Assembly: GCA_000388065.2 (NCBI GenBank)
Contig: KB932208.1
DNA: 64,000 bases
Direction: 5' to 3' (one strand)
Origin: Fonticula alba ATCC 38817
Lineage: Eukaryota > Protista > Nucleariida
Shown: piece by piece, positions 58,228-64,000 of the stretch
How the letters are laid out: each line of letters begins with the position of its first letter
Numbering within the stretch: position 1 is the stretch's first letter
Translations under genes and position numbers: made by a program
Notes under the pieces: generated by a model
Databases searched by the model: none
What the model saw: the letters and a program-made list of their open reading frames with translations, nothing else
What the model was told of the DNA's origin: nothing

Positions 58228-59159
58228 CTAATTATCCAGGGCCCGGTTGAAGCCACCGACACGGTTCATGTACTGGCGGTAGGTGCGCATCTTCTGAACG
58301 TGCACCGCGCCGTCCACCTGCCCGGCAACCTGCTTGCCCTGAGTGGAGGAAAAGCCACTGAAACCCAGGAATGCCTTCATGGCATCCTCCTCGGACATGG
58401 GCTCCTGGTTGTGGGGGGTCTGCTTGGCATGGTGCCCGGAGGTGCGTCCAGCCGGGCCATCTGGTTCGGCAGCAAAGAGTCGGAAGAGATGTCAGTCAGT
58501 GTTTGTCACCTGGGCGGAGAGGAAGAGAGGGGAAGAGAGGGGAAGAGAGGGGAAGAGAGGGGAAGAGAGAGGGAGAGAGAGAGAGAGAGGGGGAAATAGG
58601 AGAAATAGAACAACTAGAACAAATAGGACAAATAGGACAAATGGGACAAATGGGACAAATGGGACAAAAAGAAGGAGTACGAACCCCCGCGAGACGAGGC
58701 TGAAGAGCTGGGGGCGGCGAAGCGCGGCAGGGGAGAGGGACTGCGCGAGTACCGGCGGCGGCGCTGGTGCGGCGACCGGTCGCGGCGCGAGGGGCTACGG
58801 TCGCGGCCACTGCGCGAGGAGCTACGGTCTCGGTCGCTGCGTGAGGGGCTACGATCCCGGCCGCCGCGCTCGTAGTACCTGTCGCGGCTGCGGTCGCGGC
58901 TGCGACTACGCCCGCCCCGAGGACGCCCCCGATCATAATCGCGGTCGCGGCCACGATCACGGCTCCGGTCGCGGCCGCCGCGGTCGCGGTCCCGGCTCCG
59001 GTCCCGACTACGGTCCCGGCTGCGGCCACGCTCGCGGCTCCGGTCCCGGCCACGCTCGTGGTGCCGGCCCGGGTCGACGGCCCTCCCGGAGTGAGGGCGA
59101 TCATCACCAGAGCGGTCATAGCGACGCGCGGACCCGCCACGCGGCCCGGGATCTGACAT
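58228..59159 (-). CDS. SNRNP27: U4/U6.U5 tri-snRNP 27K protein, 235 aa; exons 59159-58685, 58460-58228
   Basis: N-terminal RS/RD domain and C-terminal MKAFLGFSGFSSTQGKQV...RTYRQYMNRVGGFNRALD (DUF1777 motif). Confidence 0.93.
58521..58673. repeat. Intronic tandem repeats: 10-bp ggaagagagg x4, GA run, then nine 9-bp units (c/g)aa(a/c)t(a/g)g(g/a)a
   Basis: Direct reading within the SNRNP27 intron. Confidence 0.85.
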
Positions 59160-60223
59160 CCTGTGGAAGGCTGGGAAGGGCGAGAGATCGATGAGGGGGG
59201 GGGAGAGGGGGNNNNNNNNNNNNNNNNNNNNNNNNNNNNNNNNNNNNNNNNNNNNNNNNNNNNNNNNNNNNNNNNNNNNNNNNNNNNNNNNNNNNNNNNN
59301 NNNNNNNNNNNNNNNNNNNNNNNNNNNNNNNNNNNNNNNNNNNNNNNNNNNNNNNNNNNNNNNNNNNNNNNNNNNNNNNNNNNNNNNNNNNNNNNNNNNN
59401 NNNNNNNNNNNNNNNNNNNNNNNNNNNNNNNNNNNNNNNNNNNNNNNNNNNNNNNNNNNNNNNNNNNNNNNNNNNNNNNNNNNNNNNNNNNNNNNNNNNN
59501 NNNNNNNNNNNNNNNNNNNNNNNNNNNNNNNNNNNNNNNNNNNNNNNNNNNNNNNNNNNNNNNNNNNNNNNNNNNNNNNNNNNNNNNNNNNNNNNNNNNN
59601 NNNNNNNNNNNNNNNNNNNNNNNNNNNNNNNNNNNNNNNNNNNNNNNNNNNNNNNNNNNNNNNNNNNNNNNNNNNNNNNNNNNNNNNNNNNNNNNNNNNN
59701 NNNNNNNNNNNNNNNNNNNNNNNNNNNNNNNNNNNNNNNNNNNNNNNNNNNNNNNNNNNNNNNNNNNNNNNNNNNNNNNNNNNNNNNNNNNNNNNNNNNN
59801 NNNNNNNNNNNNNNNNNNNNNNNNNNNNNNNNNNNNNNNNNNNNNNNNNNNNNNNNNNNNNNNNNNNNNNNNNNNNNNNNNNNNNNNNNNNNNNNNNNNN
59901 NNNNNNNNNNNNNNNNNNNNNNNNNNNNNNNNNNNNNNNNNNNNNNNNNNNNNNNNNNNNNNNNNNNNNNNNNNNNNNNNNNNNNNNNNNNNNNNNNNNN
60001 NNNNNNNNNNNNNNNNNNNNGGGAGGCCGGTGGGTGTGGCTGCCGCTCTCGCGGGCCTCGCATATGCGTCCTCCCCGGTCCCGCCTCCCTGTTTGCCGGC
60101 CGGGGGGCGGGGGGCGGGTGGTGCGAGGTTAAAAGGCTTCGAATTGGTCCCTCTCCTGGGATGGTTCCTCCTCTATCTTTTGGTTTTTTCTCTTCTCCCG
60201 AACGGATTAACCAAACAGTCAAG

Positions 60224-61127
60224 ATGTATGTTCTCCTTCCTTCTTCTCCCCTCCCTCCCCCCTTTGATTGCCGGACGCCCCTCCCCCCCCCCCCGGCCCC
60301 CGCCGCCCCCCTCCCCGACGAGGCCGTCCCACCTCCCCTCCCCTCTCCTGCTTCCCGGCGGCGCTGCCCCTCGACCTGGAGTTTGCCTCTTTCTCCCCGT
60401 GCTACGCCACTGGCTCCCCGCCCGCCCGCCTCTCTCTCTTTCCCTCTCTCGTTCATTTGCCCGTTCGCGCGCGTGCGTGCATTAACACGATGATGCCTCT
60501 TTGCCGCCCCTCCCCTCGTCCCCCAGGGTTTCCCTCAAGCTCCAGAAGCGCCTCGCGGCCTCCGTCCTCGAGGTCGGCAAGCGCAAGGTCTGGCTCGACC
60601 CGTCTGAGATCTCCACCATCTCCGAGGCCAACTCTCGTGCCAAGGTCCGCGGCCTCATCAAGTCCGGCCTGATCACCAAGAACAACACCGTCGGTCAGTC
60701 TCGTGCCCGCACTCGCGCTCGCCTCGATGCCAAGCGCCGTGGTCGCCACGCCGGTTTCGGTAAGCGCAAGGGTACCGCCAAGGCCCGCATGCCCGAGAAG
60801 GTCATCTGGATGCGCCGCATGCGTGTCCTCCGTCGCCTCCTCCACAAGTACCGTGAGGCCAAGAAGATCGACAAGCACATGCACCACGATCTGTACATGA
60901 AGGCCAAGGGTAACACCTTCCGTAACAAGCGTGTCCTCATGGAGTACATCTTCAAGGTCAAGGCCGAGCAGACCCGCAACCGCCTCATCGCCGAGCAGGC
61001 CGAGGCTCGCCGTGTCAAGAACCGCGCCCTCCGCGAGCGCCGCAACGCCAAGAAGGCCGAGGTTGCCGTTGTCGTCCCCGTTGTGGATGCCTCCGCCTCC
61101 AAAAAGAAGGCTGACCTCCAGAAGTAA
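60224..61127 (+). CDS. RPL19: 60S ribosomal protein L19 (eL19), 200 aa; exons 60224-60225 (AT) and 60527-61127
   Basis: [44 protein letters not shown] and [19 protein letters not shown]|GTATGT...CAG|G reconstitutes the ATG. Confidence 0.97.
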
Positions 61128-61850
61128 GCTCTAAAAAAGCTCCCTTCTCAAATCCGCCCCCCCTTTTCCCTTCTTGTGTGTGAGTGTGTGCCACATTCCG
61201 CGCGCGTCCATCCCCACCCCTCCCGTGGACTGCGCGTGTCCATGTGCACGCGCGCGCATTCTTGATCTGTGACCGAGCGATGCTTGTATTGTCTGTGTGT
61301 GTGTGTATTTCGCGCTCTCTCCCCCGTTTGTGTGTTTTGTGCCCCTCCAATATATGCTCGTCTTTTGTCGCACACACACACAGCCGCCCGTGTTGGCATT
61401 CGCGCTGCTCCTTGCCCTTGTTTTGTCTTCCTGCGTGAAATGGGCATGGTTGGGGGGCGGGCGGGGGGGTGCCGGCGCGGCGACGCTCGGCCGGACCTGT
61501 GCCAGGGTTGCCTCTCTGCCCCTCGGCCCCGCAGCCGGGGGGGGGGGGGCGGGGGAGGCGGGACGCGCCAGCGAGCATATGAGGCGCAGGGGCAGAGCAG
61601 AGGGGAGGCAGGGCAGGCCGGGTGCGTTGCCACCTGCACCCCGAGGCAGAGGTCACACTGTGTTTGTGGATGTGTGTATGAGTGGATGCCCCCCCGCCCC
61701 CCCTCCCCCCTCTGAGCAGGCGCGTCCCTGAGCTTTTTTTGGGCCGCCTCCCCACTCGGTCTCCCTCTGCCTGGGCATGTCCATCCGACGAGTGTCTGCC
61801 TTCCCTCATCCCCGTTCTCTCTCCTCGCCGGACTCACCAAGGTACCTGGC

Positions 61851-62163
61851 ATGTCGCATTTTGCCCCCGACGCCCCCGGGTCGGCCCCGATCTTCCGGGA
61901 GCAGGTCGACCAGTCCATCATCCAGTTGACGCGCATCATCCACAGCTGCGCAAACAACATCGAGCAGCTGAATGCGCGCCTACTCAGGTATGTCCCGCCG
62001 GGTTGTCATTCGCGCCGGCCTCCTCGCTCCCCGCTGCCCCCTTTGTTGGCCCCCCCGGTCTTGTGGCGTCTTCTGACTTGCGGCCCCCCCCCCGCCCCTC
62101 GCGCATCGGTCTGGCAGTTTCCTCGAGGCAGGCGATGGGAATGCCCTGGCGCTGGCCGCCATT
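61851..62163 (+). CDS. Short coiled-coil protein, candidate DASH/Dam1 complex subunit Dad1; exons 61851-61987 and 62118 to at least 62163 (3' end lost in a gap)
   Basis: MSHFAPDAPGSAPIFREQVDQSIIQLTRIIHSCANNIEQLNARLL|SFLEAGDGNALALAAI, with an AG|GTATGT donor and a phase-matched GCAG acceptor. Resembles Dad1 from recall only. Confidence 0.45.
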
Positions 62164-64000
62164 NNNNNNNNNNGAGGGGGGAGAATGGAGCAGGGGCGGG
62201 GACTAGGCTAGGGATGCTTGAGTGACTGGATCGATCTTCCCGATGGCTGGCACACAGAGAAATAGGTCGGACCCAACGGCTGGGGAGTCGGACGGGCGTG
62301 TCCGGGCTCGGCTGATCTAAAGCAGGTCACGTCATTTGGACATATTTAAATTGCCATTTTCTGCCTCCCGACGCCTTTTGGAGCTGCGTGGGGGCCAGAG
62401 TGGCATGCCACAATACCCTGAAGAGGACCCTGAGAGGGGCTCCCTTTGGTCCGTTGCGCAAGCCAGACCCGAGACGCTCGCGTCCGCCTGGGGGAGGGTT
62501 CCCTTGGAGGGGTTGAGGGCAGACAGCTGGGGAGTTCATCGGAGGCGGCCGCGTAACGGGGCCCATATGTGCCTCGTGGCGCGGACGTACGAAGGGCCAG
62601 TCCCATGGCTGGCTGCAGGGGCCTACCGACGCCCCGGGCCTGGTCGCCCGCCCAGACTCTCCCCGAGGGGTGTTCTTTTCGGACGAGGGGCCAGGGTCAG
62701 GGTTTTCCCGGATGTCCCGGGGAGCCCCGCCCCCTCGGGACAGCTGGTGTCTAGGGTTATCTACCCTGCACACTGGCGAACAGTCCTGGCTGTACGTCCA
62801 TGGGTGTTCGGGGCGCTGCGCCAGGGTGGCCCGCCGTCTCCCGGGTTCCCCCGAGACGCGCTCTTCTGAAGGAGGGGGGGGGGGGGAGGCCGCGTGTGTT
62901 CTGCGGCTGGGGTGGGCTTGGGGGCGGAATCGCGGCACTGCCGAGGCCTCTTGCGTCAACAGGGCCCCCCGGCTTGTGTTGTACCCGGGTGCTGCTGGCG
63001 AGTGATACTCTCGTGCCTTGGGCGCCCGACTTTGGGGCCCGCACGGGGAAGGGGGGGTCCCAGGGGTGGCCTTGCGGGCCGTGGCGGCGGGCCTTGGGGG
63101 AGTCCAGAGCATCCCCGGATGGGGCCCCACTCGACGGCTGTGTGCGTGTGTGTGCCAGGGGGGGGGGGGGGGGGGGAGGGCGGGCACCGGCGCGCCAGGG
63201 CCCCGGGTCTGTGGGGGCGGGGGCGAGGAGCATGCACAGGGTGCCCGAGCGTGGGAAGCGCCCGGTCGGCCCAGCGTGGCTCCCGGCGCCCTCGGTCCCC
63301 TGCGGGGGGGGGGGGTGCCCTCCCCTGGCGCGGCGGGGTCTGTTTGGGGACGCGCGCGAGTCCCCTGTCCGTTCACGGAGGAAATGGCTGGCGGGCATTC
63401 CCCCCGCCGCGGCCGGGCACGGTTAGCGCGCGCGCGTTGGGCCCGCACGGGACCCAGGAGGCAGCCCAGAGGGCCGGCAAACAATAACACCAGTCCGGGC
63501 GGCCGCACACGAACCTTGGGTGTGTCCCGCCGGGCCCGATCCTGCCGGTGGGGCATTTCCCAAGGGCTCGGGCACCCGCGGGCCGGCCTAGCCACACGGG
63601 GCCTTGTCCATTCCTGACAGGGGGGCGATCGGGCGCACGGGGAGCGAGAAATTCTGGAAGCTGGTCGCGCGCGCTCTGCTCCCGCCCCCCCGGGGGGGGG
63701 GGGGGGCGGTGGGCGGGCAAGGCCCGCACGCCGAGAAGCCGCCGACGACCGGAGGCTGCGCCGTTGGGCCGGCTGACTCCTCAAGCGGGCAACCCGGCAT
63801 GGCGAGGGCCCGGTCGCATCAGTGGTCCCATCTGGGCCGCGAAGGCCTCCTATCCCCCCAGGGGGGGGGGGGGGGGCCGGTGGGAACGGCCCTGGGCCTC
63901 TCTTGTGCCGGCGGGGCCCCAGATTCTGGTGACTCGGCCGAAAAAAGACCCCACTCATCCGCGCGATCACCACGCAGTCGGGCGGGCGGGCGGACGGGCG

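Noticed and set aside
58521-58673. CRISPR-like array
   Set aside because: Contiguous short tandem units with no unique spacers, in eukaryotic intronic context, with no cas genes.
58496-59194. Cys-repeat (ICPICP) or GH-repeat ORFs
   Set aside because: These are alternative frames of the SNRNP27 RS domain and its intronic 9-bp array.
60453-60887. Antisense [20 protein letters not shown]...
   Set aside because: Reverse-frame shadow of RPL19.
1591-62173. Long poly-G/poly-C runs next to N-gaps as a biological signal
   Set aside because: Their lengths are unreliable and their association with gaps points to sequencing dropout. They cannot be interpreted without long reads.
62336-62869. 177-aa ORF after an AT-rich patch
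   Set aside because: TTG start, no recognisable motif and no convincing splice partners; unsupported without expression data.
1-64000. Mobile elements, rRNA, spliceosomal snRNAs, selenocysteine or frameshift recoding
   Set aside because: I saw no transposase, RT or integrase motifs, no TIR/LTR pairs and no rRNA or U-snRNA signatures. All gene models close in frame with standard GT-AG introns.

Overview
This window is GC-rich, intron-containing eukaryotic nuclear DNA. Its GT-AG introns have GT(A/G/T)(C/T)G(T/C) donors and CT(A/G)AC branch points. Gene content and composition suggest a unicellular opisthokont, possibly Fonticula/nucleariid-like (inference, not verified). It is a draft assembly with about 18 N-gaps, most next to poly-G/C runs. 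By hand splicing I support 16 protein-coding genes: ThrRS, Naa30/Mak3, a G-alpha, TRAPPC6, CLEC16A/TT9, NOSIP, SAP30BP-like, ADAT1, NUBPL/Ind1, TSEN34, an orphan disordered protein, a GT-A glycosyltransferase with an unassigned C-terminal region, katanin p80, DCTN6, an ELO elongase and SNRNP27. RPL19 and a short candidate Dad1 (DASH/Dam1 kinetochore) gene bring the total to 18, plus one intron-containing tRNA-Tyr(GTA). I found no transposase, RT, CRISPR or rRNA signature. Most long ORFs in the track are GC-rich shadow ORFs. I cannot point to a clearly novel multi-gene system. The best leads are the Dad1-like micro-gene, an in-frame upstream exon that may give ThrRS a mitochondrial presequence, the extended glycosyltransferase, a G-alpha with no visible myristoylation motif, a tRNA-maturation neighbourhood and a run of head-to-head gene pairs.
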